DNA of 64,000 nt, from assembly GCA_012719955.1 (NCBI GenBank), contig JAAXZI010000049.1:12309-76308 (forward strand). The letters run 5' to 3'. The notes below the pieces were generated by a model. It saw only the letters and a list, made by a program, of their open reading frames with translations. It was not told the DNA's origin and made no database searches. Shown in pieces: positions 31,322 to 40,648 of the stretch (positions within the stretch are counted from its first letter, which is position 1; each line of letters opens with the position of its first letter). This DNA is from Phycisphaerae bacterium. GTDB taxonomy: Bacteria > Planctomycetota > Phycisphaerae > UBA1845 > PWPN01. Both the position numbers and the translations under genes were made by a program.

Positions 31322-32379
31322 AGCAGCATCATCTCGATGGTCAGCCCCGGTCCAAACGCAATCGCCATCACCCGTCCGGCCGCCGACGTCTTCAGGAAGG
31401 CATCAAGGATAAACAGAATCGTCGGCGAAGACATATTCCCATGCGTGCGCAGCACCTCGCGGGATAATCTCAGGGCATCATCCTTGAGCCCCAGGCATTT
31501 GTCCACCACATCCAGGATCTGCGGGCCGCCCGGATGCACCAGCCAGTGATCCACATCGCGAAAGCCCAGCTTGGACTCGCTCAACAAGGTTTCCACCGCA
31601 GCCGGCAAATGTGCGGCCAGGGTGGCGGGCAACTCCTGCGAAAGGATCAGCTCCAACCCGTGGTCGCCGGCGAACCATACCATCTGCTCCGCCGCTGCCG
31701 GCAGCCCCAAACTCCGGCAGGCCACCACACGCGCCCGGGCCGGCCGGGAAGAGAGCAACATCGCCGCAGCCCCGTCGGAGAACAGCAGGTTGGCCGTCAT
31801 CTGATCGATCTTCTCGGTGTATTGGAAATGCAACGATGACAGCTCGCACGCCAGAATCAACGACGGCCCCGCCTGTCCGGTCATGCGCCGCACCAATCGA
31901 ACGGCCGCCAGTGCCGCCGAACACCCCATGAAGCCGAGATTCCAGCGATCCACTGATGCGGGCACGGGGGTATGACTGAAGATCGGCCGTTCCAGACCCG
32001 GCGATGAGGCGTGCGTACAGCTTGCCGTAACCAGCGTTCTCACTTCGGCCAGCTCCCCGGCTGGGAATGCGCTCAAGGCCCGCAGGACCAGCGCACCGGC
32101 CACCTGGTCGAACATGGCGGTGCGCGCCCCCATGCCAGGCCCCCGGGGTTGCTCGCGCGAGGGTCGATAGAGCGAGTTCGGGCCGCCCTGCCAGGCCAGT
32201 GCGGCGAGGTGACGACGTTCCACCCCGGTGAGCCGGATGATCCGTTCAAGAAGTTTTTCACTCCGGCGCGTGGGGCAGCCCTCACGCAAGAGCCGCAGCG
32301 CCTCGGCCGTCTCGATCGCCTGCTCCGGCACGGCGGTCCCGATCCGCTGGATGTAGCACGCGGGCCTGTCCTCGCTCAT
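31300..32379 (-). CDS. type III polyketide synthase (chalcone/stilbene synthase family)
   Basis: The catalytic triad context is FMGCSAALAAV (Cys), VHPGGPQILD (His) and HGNMSSPTILFIL (Asn). The ATG at 32379 overlaps the upstream stop (ATGA). Confidence 0.85.
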   Translation of the reverse strand: MSEDRPACYIQRIGTAVPEQAIETAEALRLLREGCPTRRSEKLLERIIRLTGVERRHLAALAWQGGPNSLYRPSREQPRGPGMGARTAMFDQVAGALVLRALSAFPAGELAEVRTLVTASCTHASSPGLERPIFSHTPVPASVDRWNLGFMGCSAALAAVRLVRRMTGQAGPSLILACELSSLHFQYTEKIDQMTANLLFSDGAAAMLLSSRPARARVVACRSLGLPAAAEQMVWFAGDHGLELILSQELPATLAAHLPAAVETLLSESKLGFRDVDHWLVHPGGPQILDVVDKCLGLKDDALRLSREVLRTHGNMSSPTILFILDAFLKTSAAGRVMAIAFGPGLTIEMMLLEVRTER

Positions 32380-33479
32380 AGAGTCCCTTTCACGTGCACG
32401 CGATGAACCAGCCGGGCGAGCAGGCCGGGCGGCAACAGCGGCAACACCTCGGCCAGGCGACTCACCACCGGCAGTTGCAGAAAACGCCCCAGCCATCGCG
32501 CCCGCCGCACCACCGGAAGGTGGAACCGCCGCATCAGCCCAAGGTAGCGGGCCAGCATATCACCGTCCGATAAAATCGCGGTTGTTGCACACTCCGCACT
32601 GATGAGGGCCAGCCCGATGCCTTCGCCCGTGTAGGGTTCCTGGTAACCGGCCGCATCGCCAATCAGCAGAAGGTTGCCGACTCCCAGTCGCCGGGGTCGC
32701 CAGGGGAAGCCGGCCGTCCCGCGGGCCCCATATCGCCGCGGCGCATCCGGCAGCAGAAGATTCCACAGGCGCGCCCCGGGATTGAGCCGGCGCAGCCGGT
32801 CGCAGGCGCTCTCGCCCGCATCCTGGACAACCCGGGCCGCGAGTGCCACCACGCATTCCCCCGCTTGCGGCGAGGCCAGCCCCACATAACCGCCGCGCAG
32901 CCAGTGCAGTTCCACCGCGCCCGGCTCGGGCAACCCCGGCCCGGCCGGCTGCACCCACTGCTGAGCCAACATGCCGGGTTGCGCCGCCCTGCCGCCCACC
33001 AGCTTGCCCGCAAGTCCGGCCACACCGGTCGCGATCAGAACCGTCCCCGCTTCGAGGCGCCGGTTTCCCACCCGCACGCTGAATCGATTACGACCAGGAT
33101 CCGCCAGTTCAATCGTCGCCGGCTCGCCGAACCATCCATCCGCCCCCGCTTTCGTTGCCGCTTCGACCAGCACCGCGTCGAGTTCCGCCCGATGCACAAC
33201 CTGCGTCCGCCCGTCCGACCGGCAGGTCAGACGATAGTTCCCGATGACGAAGGTGATGCACGTGGCTGCCACGCCCGGCAATGGCTGCCCCTCATCCAGC
33301 AGTTCGCGTAAACGCGCCACCGCCGGCCCTGACAGGCAGCCTCCACACACCTTCTGACGGGGAAAGTGCTTGCGGTCGATGAGGACCACACGCCGGCCCG
33401 CATGTGCCAGGCGAATGGCCGCCGACGCCCCGGCCGGCCCCGCGCCGACGATCGCGATGTCAGCCTCCAGATCGGCCAT
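32376..33479 (-). CDS. FAD-dependent oxidoreductase (geranylgeranyl reductase/aromatic hydroxylase-like)
   Basis: The N-terminus DIAIVGAGPAGASAAIRLAHAGRRVVLIDRK is a dinucleotide-binding fold, and GDAAGYQEPYTGEGI is present. Confidence 0.8.
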   Translation of the reverse strand: MADLEADIAIVGAGPAGASAAIRLAHAGRRVVLIDRKHFPRQKVCGGCLSGPAVARLRELLDEGQPLPGVAATCITFVIGNYRLTCRSDGRTQVVHRAELDAVLVEAATKAGADGWFGEPATIELADPGRNRFSVRVGNRRLEAGTVLIATGVAGLAGKLVGGRAAQPGMLAQQWVQPAGPGLPEPGAVELHWLRGGYVGLASPQAGECVVALAARVVQDAGESACDRLRRLNPGARLWNLLLPDAPRRYGARGTAGFPWRPRRLGVGNLLLIGDAAGYQEPYTGEGIGLALISAECATTAILSDGDMLARYLGLMRRFHLPVVRRARWLGRFLQLPVVSRLAEVLPLLPPGLLARLVHRVHVKGTL

Positions 33480-33526
33480 GGTCGCAGCCCACGCCTGGTT
33501 TACCCCCGGAAAGCCGAATGAACAGT

Positions 33527-33600
33527 ATGAGAGATGGAGAGTGTGAGAGATGGAGAGAAGGCCGGCGTTTGTTGTCTCTCTGTGTCTCCATCTCTGGTTC
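33527..33600. repeat. imperfect purine/pyrimidine inverted repeat in the methyltransferase-flavoprotein spacer
   Basis: atgagagatggagagtgtgagagatggagagaagg faces gtctctctgtgtctccatctctggttctc. Confidence 0.7.
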
Positions 33601-33630
33601 TCTTCATCTTTGCGTCACGCAGATGGTGAA

Positions 33631-34356
33631 TCATCGCTTTCGCCAGGCCAGCACCAGCCGGAATGGGAAGATGTGTTTCACCCGCGCGCCGCGCAGGCCG
33701 GCCAGCTCGGCCAGTGCGGCCACCTCGCCCGGCAGGTAGGCCGCCCGTACCGAGCGCGGACCGTCCTGGTGGAAAACTCTTGATCGACTCACCACCCGGG
33801 TCGTCAGCCATGTCAATCCCCACGAAATCCACGACCGCGACAAATCCATCACCACTATCCCCCGTCGAGCCACCCGCGCCGCCTCGCGCAAGATGGTCAC
33901 CACGTCATCCTCGTCGAAGTGGTGCACGAGCAACTGGCAAGCCACCGCATCGACGCTGTTGTCAGCCAGGGGGAGGCGTCGCACATCGCCCACCACACCG
34001 TGGAACTCCGCCCCCTGCCACTTGCGCGCACAAGCCACCGCAAAGGGCGAACAGTCCACTCCCACCAGCACGGGCAGGCGGGCCTCTCCCCCGACCTGGG
34101 CGTCATGCAGGTCGCGTCTACGCCCGCGCTCCCGCTGCCTGATGATATGCCCCAGCAGGCCGCCGCCTCCCGCTCCGAGATCGAGGATTGACATCCGTCG
34201 CGGATCGCCCAGTTCGAGCAGATAGCGGTAGAGCTTCCGATGGGCCAACAGCACGCGGTTGATCCAGTTGAGCGTGGCCAGCGCATGGGCGTGCTCGGCC
34301 GGTCCGATGGCCGGATCATCCATTAACTCGCGCCGACGCAATCGCTTCATATGCAA
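33631..34356 (-). CDS. class I SAM-dependent methyltransferase
   Basis: SILDLGAGGGGLLGHI is motif I, and VDAVACQLLVHHF is present. Confidence 0.8.
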   Translation of the reverse strand: MHMKRLRRRELMDDPAIGPAEHAHALATLNWINRVLLAHRKLYRYLLELGDPRRMSILDLGAGGGGLLGHIIRQRERGRRRDLHDAQVGGEARLPVLVGVDCSPFAVACARKWQGAEFHGVVGDVRRLPLADNSVDAVACQLLVHHFDEDDVVTILREAARVARRGIVVMDLSRSWISWGLTWLTTRVVSRSRVFHQDGPRSVRAAYLPGEVAALAELAGLRGARVKHIFPFRLVLAWRKR

Positions 34357-34892
34357 TCAGGGTCCCGGCTCACGGCAGGAAAAGTGTAGGCCGCCCGCCC
34401 CGCCGGGCACAGCAGGCGCTTGCCCCCACCTCTGATGAAATTTGATTCTCTAACCGGGCAATGGCGGGCCAGGTGGCCGGCTTTTAGCCGGCCGGCGTTT
34501 GCCACCACCTCCAGGTGGACACACGCCCCGCAGGGGCGGCGAGAAAGTAGCCAGGGGTGGAGCAAAGCGGAACCCCTGGTAAAGCCCGCCTCTCTCTCCA
34601 TGGCCGCCCCGGCCGGGGCGGCGTGAGCCTCCGCACCAGCATCTCACCCCGCCCCGGTCGGGGCCACGGGGGATTACCTGAGCGACAAACACATCTCCAG
34701 CCACAGGCCTACTCCGGCTTTCAGCCTCAGGCCTACTCCGGCCTTAGCCGGGCTTGCGGTTGATGCCGTTGGCACCCTCATTGGTTGTCCAAATCGTGAA
34801 CCCACCTCTTGAAGAGGTGGGCCACCCGCTCCAATGTGAAAAGGTGAGGACCCCACTGTTTGAGGGCCCGTACGGTTGGTCCCGTGCGAGCA

Positions 34893-36047
34893 TCAGGTGC
34901 CTGCCGGCTGAGTGGCCGTTCTTTTCGCACGCACCGATTTGAACCACGCGCGAAGCTCTTTTTCGGCCGGCTTGTTGCGCGGCGTGTAGTTGTAGTCCTC
35001 GGGACCGCCAGGGGTATCGTTCCACTCCCACCAGATCACACCGCCGACCTCAGGCGTGTCTTTCCAGGTGTCCATGAACGCCCGGTAGCAGCGGCGCTGC
35101 TCCTCGAGACCGGCCGGGGTGGCCGTCTGCTTGTAGTAGTAGTTCCACGGCTCGATCGAGGCCCCTTCCTGGCTGCACCAGCCGACCTCGGTGAACAGCA
35201 ACGGCTTGCCAATCTTCTCCTGCCAGCGCAGGATGCCCCGCTTGATGGGCGCCCACTCGGCCACGAGCTTCTCAAGCGTCGGGTTGGGCTCGGAGGAAAG
35301 CTTGTAGTAACTGGTCATGCCGATCAGGTCGAGCTCATCCCAATACTCCACCACCTTGTAGTGGTCCCAGTTGGCCGAATAGGTCAGCTTGCCGGGAAAG
35401 TGCTTGCGGACCTCGCGAATCACCTTGTGCCAACGATCGGTGTACCGCTCCGTGCTGACCAGTTCCGAGCCGACGGAAAGGACCTCGACGTGGTTCTCGG
35501 CGGCAATTCTGGCGAAGTACACGATGAACTTGGTGTATTGCTCGAACCAGTCATCCCAACTCGGCGGGTTGATCACTCCCCGCCACTCCGTCCCCCGGGG
35601 ATTACTGAGCAGGATGATGGGCATGAGCACCACGCGGAGGTGGTTGTCGTGGGCAATCTTGAAGATCTCGCGCCACTGTTCTTTGGAGGGGGTGACGGCC
35701 GGATCCACCTTGAAGGATTCCGATCCCGCGTGCTCCTGGTAGCCGGGATTGCTGATGAGCACCGTGTCGGCGCCGAGTTCACGAATCTGGGGGAGCAGGA
35801 GGCGGGCCTGTTCAACTGCGCCGGCGGAATGATGGATCTGCCAGGAGATGCCGTGGTAAGGACCTTCCGGGGAGGGCAGATGACCCGGTCGAGGAGACAT
35901 CTGAGCCGCTAGAGCCGCGCCGGAAGCCGCCGCGGTGAGATCAATTCCCTCTTCGGAACCGCTCTTGTCGCGCCGCCAACCAAACCATACGGCCGCACCG
36001 GCCACCAGTGCTATCGCTACCGCCAACTGCCAGCCGAACCTCTTCAC
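34893..36047 (-). CDS. membrane-anchored TIM-barrel glycoside hydrolase-like protein (clan GH-A-like)
   Basis: There is an N-terminal TM helix. Candidate catalytic glutamates lie in LSVGSELVS and LLFTEVGW, spaced as in (beta/alpha)8 retaining glycosidases. The family is not assigned. Confidence 0.55.
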   Translation of the reverse strand: MKRFGWQLAVAIALVAGAAVWFGWRRDKSGSEEGIDLTAAASGAALAAQMSPRPGHLPSPEGPYHGISWQIHHSAGAVEQARLLLPQIRELGADTVLISNPGYQEHAGSESFKVDPAVTPSKEQWREIFKIAHDNHLRVVLMPIILLSNPRGTEWRGVINPPSWDDWFEQYTKFIVYFARIAAENHVEVLSVGSELVSTERYTDRWHKVIREVRKHFPGKLTYSANWDHYKVVEYWDELDLIGMTSYYKLSSEPNPTLEKLVAEWAPIKRGILRWQEKIGKPLLFTEVGWCSQEGASIEPWNYYYKQTATPAGLEEQRRCYRAFMDTWKDTPEVGGVIWWEWNDTPGGPEDYNYTPRNKPAEKELRAWFKSVRAKRTATQPAGT

Positions 36048-36284
36048 GTGAGCTTATCTCCTGCCACAAATCATACTTAGGGAAATACCACGGCGCGGGA
36101 TCCGGCGGTTGCGCCGCCGTCCACGGGCAATTGTAGGTCGGTCAGCGGACCCGACGCGATGGCGCCAAGCTCAGCAGGGTCTGCGGACTCGACCTACCCG
36201 CTATTACCCTTGAGCCGGACCACAGTCGCACCCGGGCGACACGACGCGGCATGGTTGCCCGCCCCAAGGCTGCCGAAACCTGTC

Positions 36285-37115
36285 TTACCGGGGGCCCTTC
36301 TCCAGAGCCCAGGCCATCCCGCCGAGCAGGTGTTGCCGCCAGACGGGGTTGGTCCATACATCCTCCCGATGCCCCAGGGAGGTGTAGAAGATTCGGCCTT
36401 TGCCTTCGGTACGGGTCCAGGCCACGGGATAGTCCTGGCCCCTCTCCATTGCCAGGGCCTTGAGCGCCTCATCACTCAACTGGGTGGTATCGACGCTGAG
36501 CAGAACATGCATGTTGTCCCGGGAGAAATCCTTGAACAGGTAGATTTCATCGAGGATCTTCCAGTCTGCCGGCACCGGCTTGGTCGCCGGATGGTTGGGG
36601 TCTTCGACCTTGATCACGACTTCGTGCTGCTTGCCGTGCGTCCTGAAGGCAGCCCCCACCATACGAACATACTCCGGCCAGGGCGCGCCGCACTTGTCTT
36701 CGGGCCTGGGACCGCTCTCGCTGTGGAAGGTGTCGGTGGCCGTATGAATGCCGATGAACGCTCCGCCGTCACGAATGAATTTCATGAGCGCGTTGCGGTT
36801 GATGGGCGGGTTGCCGGTCGTGTAGAACACGACCGCGTCGTACTTCTTGTAGACATTGTCGCTCTTGAGGTCGTGGAAATCCTGGGTGACGTCCACCTCG
36901 TAACCCGCCTGGCCGGCGATTTCCTTGAGCATCTTCTCGGCATAGGCCAGCTCACCCGTCACCGGGCGGACCACCACCGAGTGCCGAAAACCACATGATT
37001 GCGAGTAGAACAGGATCCTTTTCTTGCCGTCCTGCGGTTTGTCCGCCTGCCCGTAAACCGTTCCGCCCATGATCGCCAGCACGCTTGCGGCCCAAAGCCC
37101 CACGCCGATTCTCAT
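36285..37115 (-). CDS. ThuA domain-containing protein
   Basis: There is a signal peptide from the ATG at 37115. The motifs are KRILFYSQSCGFRH, GGAFIGIHTATDTF and PVAWTRTEGKGRIFYTSLGH. Confidence 0.85.
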   Translation of the reverse strand: MRIGVGLWAASVLAIMGGTVYGQADKPQDGKKRILFYSQSCGFRHSVVVRPVTGELAYAEKMLKEIAGQAGYEVDVTQDFHDLKSDNVYKKYDAVVFYTTGNPPINRNALMKFIRDGGAFIGIHTATDTFHSESGPRPEDKCGAPWPEYVRMVGAAFRTHGKQHEVVIKVEDPNHPATKPVPADWKILDEIYLFKDFSRDNMHVLLSVDTTQLSDEALKALAMERGQDYPVAWTRTEGKGRIFYTSLGHREDVWTNPVWRQHLLGGMAWALEKGPR

Positions 37116-37287
37116 CACACTTGCCCTCACGTCATAAACCAGGATGGTTCCGGGCGGGCCGGAAAAAGGATGCTCCGGCGCCACCGACGGGAAAAGCCTA
37201 CATCCCCACTTGCGGAGGGGCAAGTGCGGGGCTGATTCGGTTTACCTTGTGGACGGCGAAGCCTTCACCTGATACCCTCTTTCCCGC

Positions 37288-38409
37288 ATGAGACCAGAAC
37301 TGTTTACCATTCCCGGCACGAGTATCACCGTCCCGAGTTTCGGGGCCATGGTCATGATCGGCTTCCTGGGGGCCCTGTGGTGGATGACCCGACGAGCCAC
37401 CAAGGTCAAGCAGGACCCGGACCTGGTCCTCAACTTCGGCTTCATCGCCCTGTTCTTCATGGCTTTGGGCGCGCGAACCTTCTACGTCATCCACTACTGG
37501 GACAGCCAGTTCAAATACAACCCCAGTCAAATATTCAACTTACGTGCCGGCGGGTTCGAGTTCTACGGCGGCCTGATCGGCGCGTTTGTCCCCTGCATCC
37601 TCTACGCGTGGTACAAGGGGCTGTCGCTACGGCTGTGGACCGACCTGGTGGCGCCGTCTCTCCTGTTCGGGATGGGCGTCGGACGGATCGGGTGCTTCCT
37701 GGCCGGCTGCTGCTACGGCACCACCTGTTCGGCTGATCTGCCCTGGGCCATGCAGTTCCCCTACGGCAGCGAGGCCCAGATCGCCTCCTGGGAAGCCCGG
37801 ACCACTGCCGTGCCCGCCGATCTCATGTTCATAACCAAAGACGGCAACGTTCTCCTGCTGGCCCCCAAGGCCGCTCAGGAAATCGCCTCCGGCCGCAAGC
37901 AACTCGACCAACACACCGAGCAGGCTCGGGCCAAGGGCGAGACGGACAAGGTGGCCCGCCTCGAAAAGGCATCCGCCCAGCTCAAGGAGCTCGAAGACCA
38001 CATGGCCGCCCACGGTCTGACCCCCGCCCGGCTGGAGTCGTTGCGGCACGATCCCCATTTCAGCAGCCCCCACGTGCATCCCGCACAGCTCTACTCGGCG
38101 GTTGGGCCGCTGCTGCTGGCCTGGTTGATGAACGCGTACTTCTACCGTCGGAAGCGTCACGGCACCGTGTTCGCCCTGGCCATGATGCTCTACGCGGTGG
38201 AGCGGTTCATCGAGGAAAGCCTGCGTGCGGACAACCCGGTGGATACCCTGGGGCTGACCGTCTCGCAGGCCATCAGTGTCGGCGTCTTCGTGCTGATGGC
38301 GGCCTACCTGCTGTTGCTCCAGCGGCTGCCGCTGCGTTCGCCGCGAGCCGTTGCTTACGTGCCCAAAGACGCCAGGAAGACGGATGGCGCCGAGCCGGCG
38401 ACGGCATGA
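37288..38409 (+). CDS. lgt: prolipoprotein diacylglyceryl transferase
   Basis: The motifs are SFGAMVMIGFL, GGFEFYGGLIGA, GRIGCFLAGCCYG and HPAQLYSA. An extra soluble insert of about 90 aa lies between the conserved blocks. Confidence 0.88.
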   Translation: MRPELFTIPGTSITVPSFGAMVMIGFLGALWWMTRRATKVKQDPDLVLNFGFIALFFMALGARTFYVIHYWDSQFKYNPSQIFNLRAGGFEFYGGLIGAFVPCILYAWYKGLSLRLWTDLVAPSLLFGMGVGRIGCFLAGCCYGTTCSADLPWAMQFPYGSEAQIASWEARTTAVPADLMFITKDGNVLLLAPKAAQEIASGRKQLDQHTEQARAKGETDKVARLEKASAQLKELEDHMAAHGLTPARLESLRHDPHFSSPHVHPAQLYSAVGPLLLAWLMNAYFYRRKRHGTVFALAMMLYAVERFIEESLRADNPVDTLGLTVSQAISVGVFVLMAAYLLLLQRLPLRSPRAVAYVPKDARKTDGAEPATA

Positions 38410-38433
38410 GAAACCGGCGGGTAATCCGACCGA

Positions 38434-38880
38434 TCACGGGTACTCGATGATCTGATAGCTCACTTGACGCGCCATGCTGTGGTAGGCATCAGTCGCCACC
38501 GTAATGCTCGTGGAGGTCAGCTCGATCAGGCATGAGCCGTTGCGGGTATGCCCGGCTCCGATGGAGATGGGAGTACTCACGTACACAACATCCCCAAGCA
38601 CTACCAATGACCTGGCAGGATCAACAGACGGAGAAAAGGTCTGGCTTTTCTGCCCCTCTCCTTCTGTGAAATTGATGACGCCGCGCACGATTTGCTTGGG
38701 CGAGCCGCCGGCCCCCATGGATGATTTCAGCGCTGCGATGTCAGCCGAGAGCTGGGCGAGACTGGTCATCGTCGGCGCGACCGGCCCGGCCGGCGGGTTC
38801 AGTTCTCCGCCGCGGGCCCACACGGCCAGAACCATGAACGCTACTCCTGCCCAAGCCAACGCAATCATTGTTCCCTTCAT
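38434..38880 (-). CDS. small membrane-anchored or secreted hypothetical protein
   Basis: The ATG at 38880 gives MKGTMIALAWAGVAFMVLAVWA, followed by LNPPAGPVAPTMTSLAQLSADIAAL. The longer track ORF would overlap the upstream gene. Confidence 0.5.
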   Translation of the reverse strand: MKGTMIALAWAGVAFMVLAVWARGGELNPPAGPVAPTMTSLAQLSADIAALKSSMGAGGSPKQIVRGVINFTEGEGQKSQTFSPSVDPARSLVVLGDVVYVSTPISIGAGHTRNGSCLIELTSTSITVATDAYHSMARQVSYQIIEYP

Positions 38881-38986
38881 GTCCCTTTCCTCCGCGTCAT
38901 GCGTAAAAAACGAAAAAGGATGAGGGATGAGCAGTGCGCCCGGCGCACCGTTCACCCCCCATCCCTCACCGTTTATCGCCTGGCTA

Positions 38987-40381
38987 CTATCCCACCAGCG
39001 TCCGGCCGCGCAGACCCGCGGGGACGGGGATCCCCAGAAGAGACAAGCACGTCGGGGCCACGTCGTACAGGCTCGCGCCGTCACACCGGCCTCGGGCCGG
39101 CAGTGACGGATGCGAGAGAACGTACATGCCCTGCTGAGCGTGGTTGGCCTCGTCCGGGCCGGTGTCGTTCTCGAAGACGTACACCGACGGGTTCCCGATG
39201 GAACCGACGCTGCGCCAATGGAGGTCGCCGAAAATTACCACCAGGTCCGGCGGTACACCGTTGACCTTGCGGTAAATCTCCTGGGGCTTGTATGCCTTCG
39301 TGCCCATGGGAACGCCCTTGTCGTCGGGCAGCGCGGCAAGCTTGGCGATCAATTCGTTGCGAAGCGATTCATAGCTGTCCTGCGGCACCAGGCCCTGGGG
39401 CTCGCGCCCTTTGACGTTGATGAAGCACCGGCCGTAGTAGCCGCCTTCCCCCCAGACGCGCGTCTTTGACCAGTCCACGTCGGCGAAATTGAACTTGCGC
39501 GGGCTGGTGGCGGGCTCCTTCATCACCAGGTAGCCCTCGCGGATCAGCCAGTCGTTGAAGGCGAAGCCGCCTTTCATGCACTTGGCCCCGTGGTCGCTCA
39601 CAACCCAGACGGCCGTCTTGTCGAGATCCATCTCGGCAAGCAGCTCGCCGATCCAGCCGTCCACCTTGACGAAGTAGTCGTGAATGGCCGACGACAGCGG
39701 ATGGCCGGGCTCGTGCTTGGGATGCTGCGGATCCATGTACTGCCAGAAGCCGTGGTGCATCCGATCCGGGCCCAACTCCACCATCCAGAACAGGCTCCAC
39801 GGCTTGGTCTTCACCAGATGCCGGGCCAGCTTGAAGCGCTTCTCGGTCATCTCGTGGATCTGCTGGAGCAGCCACTCCTTGTTGTCCGTGCGATAGTTCT
39901 TGACGTCGATGACGTATTCACCGACCACGTCCGCGATTTCTTTCTTCAGCTCGCGGGGCCACGTGTAGTCGCATTGAGTGTCCGGGGCCAGGAAGCAGGA
40001 GGTCATGCAGCCGCGCACCGGACGAACGATAGGGTATGTACCCGGCACGCCGAGCAGAATGCTGCTCATCCCGCGGGCGTCGAGGTACTCCCACAGGCGC
40101 GGTTCGCGAACGTCCAGGGAGGTTGCGATGGTGAGCTTTTCGTAGGAATAGTCCGCCCGGTTGCGAAAACCATAGATGCCCAGCGTGCCCGGATCAGCGC
40201 TGGAAGCCATGCACGACCAGGCCGGCACGGTGATGGGCGGAAGGCAGCTTTCCAGATGGCCGTAGGTCCCCCGTTCACACAACCGCCGAAGATTGGGTAA
40301 ATCCTCCAGCCAGCGGTCAAAAACCAGAGACGGTTCAGCACAATCCAGCCCGATAATCGCGACTTTTTCGATGGATGCCAT
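38987..40381 (-). CDS. alkaline phosphatase superfamily protein (type I phosphodiesterase/nucleotide pyrophosphatase-like)
   Basis: The ATG at 40381 gives MASIEKVAIIGLDCAEPSLVFDRWLEDLPNLRRL. VWVVSDHG is also present. Confidence 0.7.
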   Translation of the reverse strand: MASIEKVAIIGLDCAEPSLVFDRWLEDLPNLRRLCERGTYGHLESCLPPITVPAWSCMASSADPGTLGIYGFRNRADYSYEKLTIATSLDVREPRLWEYLDARGMSSILLGVPGTYPIVRPVRGCMTSCFLAPDTQCDYTWPRELKKEIADVVGEYVIDVKNYRTDNKEWLLQQIHEMTEKRFKLARHLVKTKPWSLFWMVELGPDRMHHGFWQYMDPQHPKHEPGHPLSSAIHDYFVKVDGWIGELLAEMDLDKTAVWVVSDHGAKCMKGGFAFNDWLIREGYLVMKEPATSPRKFNFADVDWSKTRVWGEGGYYGRCFINVKGREPQGLVPQDSYESLRNELIAKLAALPDDKGVPMGTKAYKPQEIYRKVNGVPPDLVVIFGDLHWRSVGSIGNPSVYVFENDTGPDEANHAQQGMYVLSHPSLPARGRCDGASLYDVAPTCLSLLGIPVPAGLRGRTLVG

Positions 40382-40648
40382 GTGACTCTTGTAACCATTC
40401 GGTAAGCGGCTGCCAAGGGGACGGTTCACGGCGCGGGAACTGGCGGTGAGCCTTTCGTTCCTGTGGCGGAAGCGCCCTGGAAGAATTGGGCCCCAGATTA
40501 AACCCTGGTGGCAACCCCCTATTCTGGACTTTTCAAAACTTTTGAAACCCTCTGCAAGCGGCAAGGGATTTCATTACAATGGGGACGGTAGCGCCGGTTG
40601 TGCGGATCCAGCGAATCCAGCCGGCATAATAATCTCGAGACGTAACGC

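Noticed and set aside
34357-34892. Known structured RNAs (RNase P RNA, SRP RNA, tmRNA, 6S) in the hairpin-rich spacer
   Set aside because: Hallmark sequences such as the GAGGAAAGTCC-type RNase P core, or the SRP domain IV motif, are not present.
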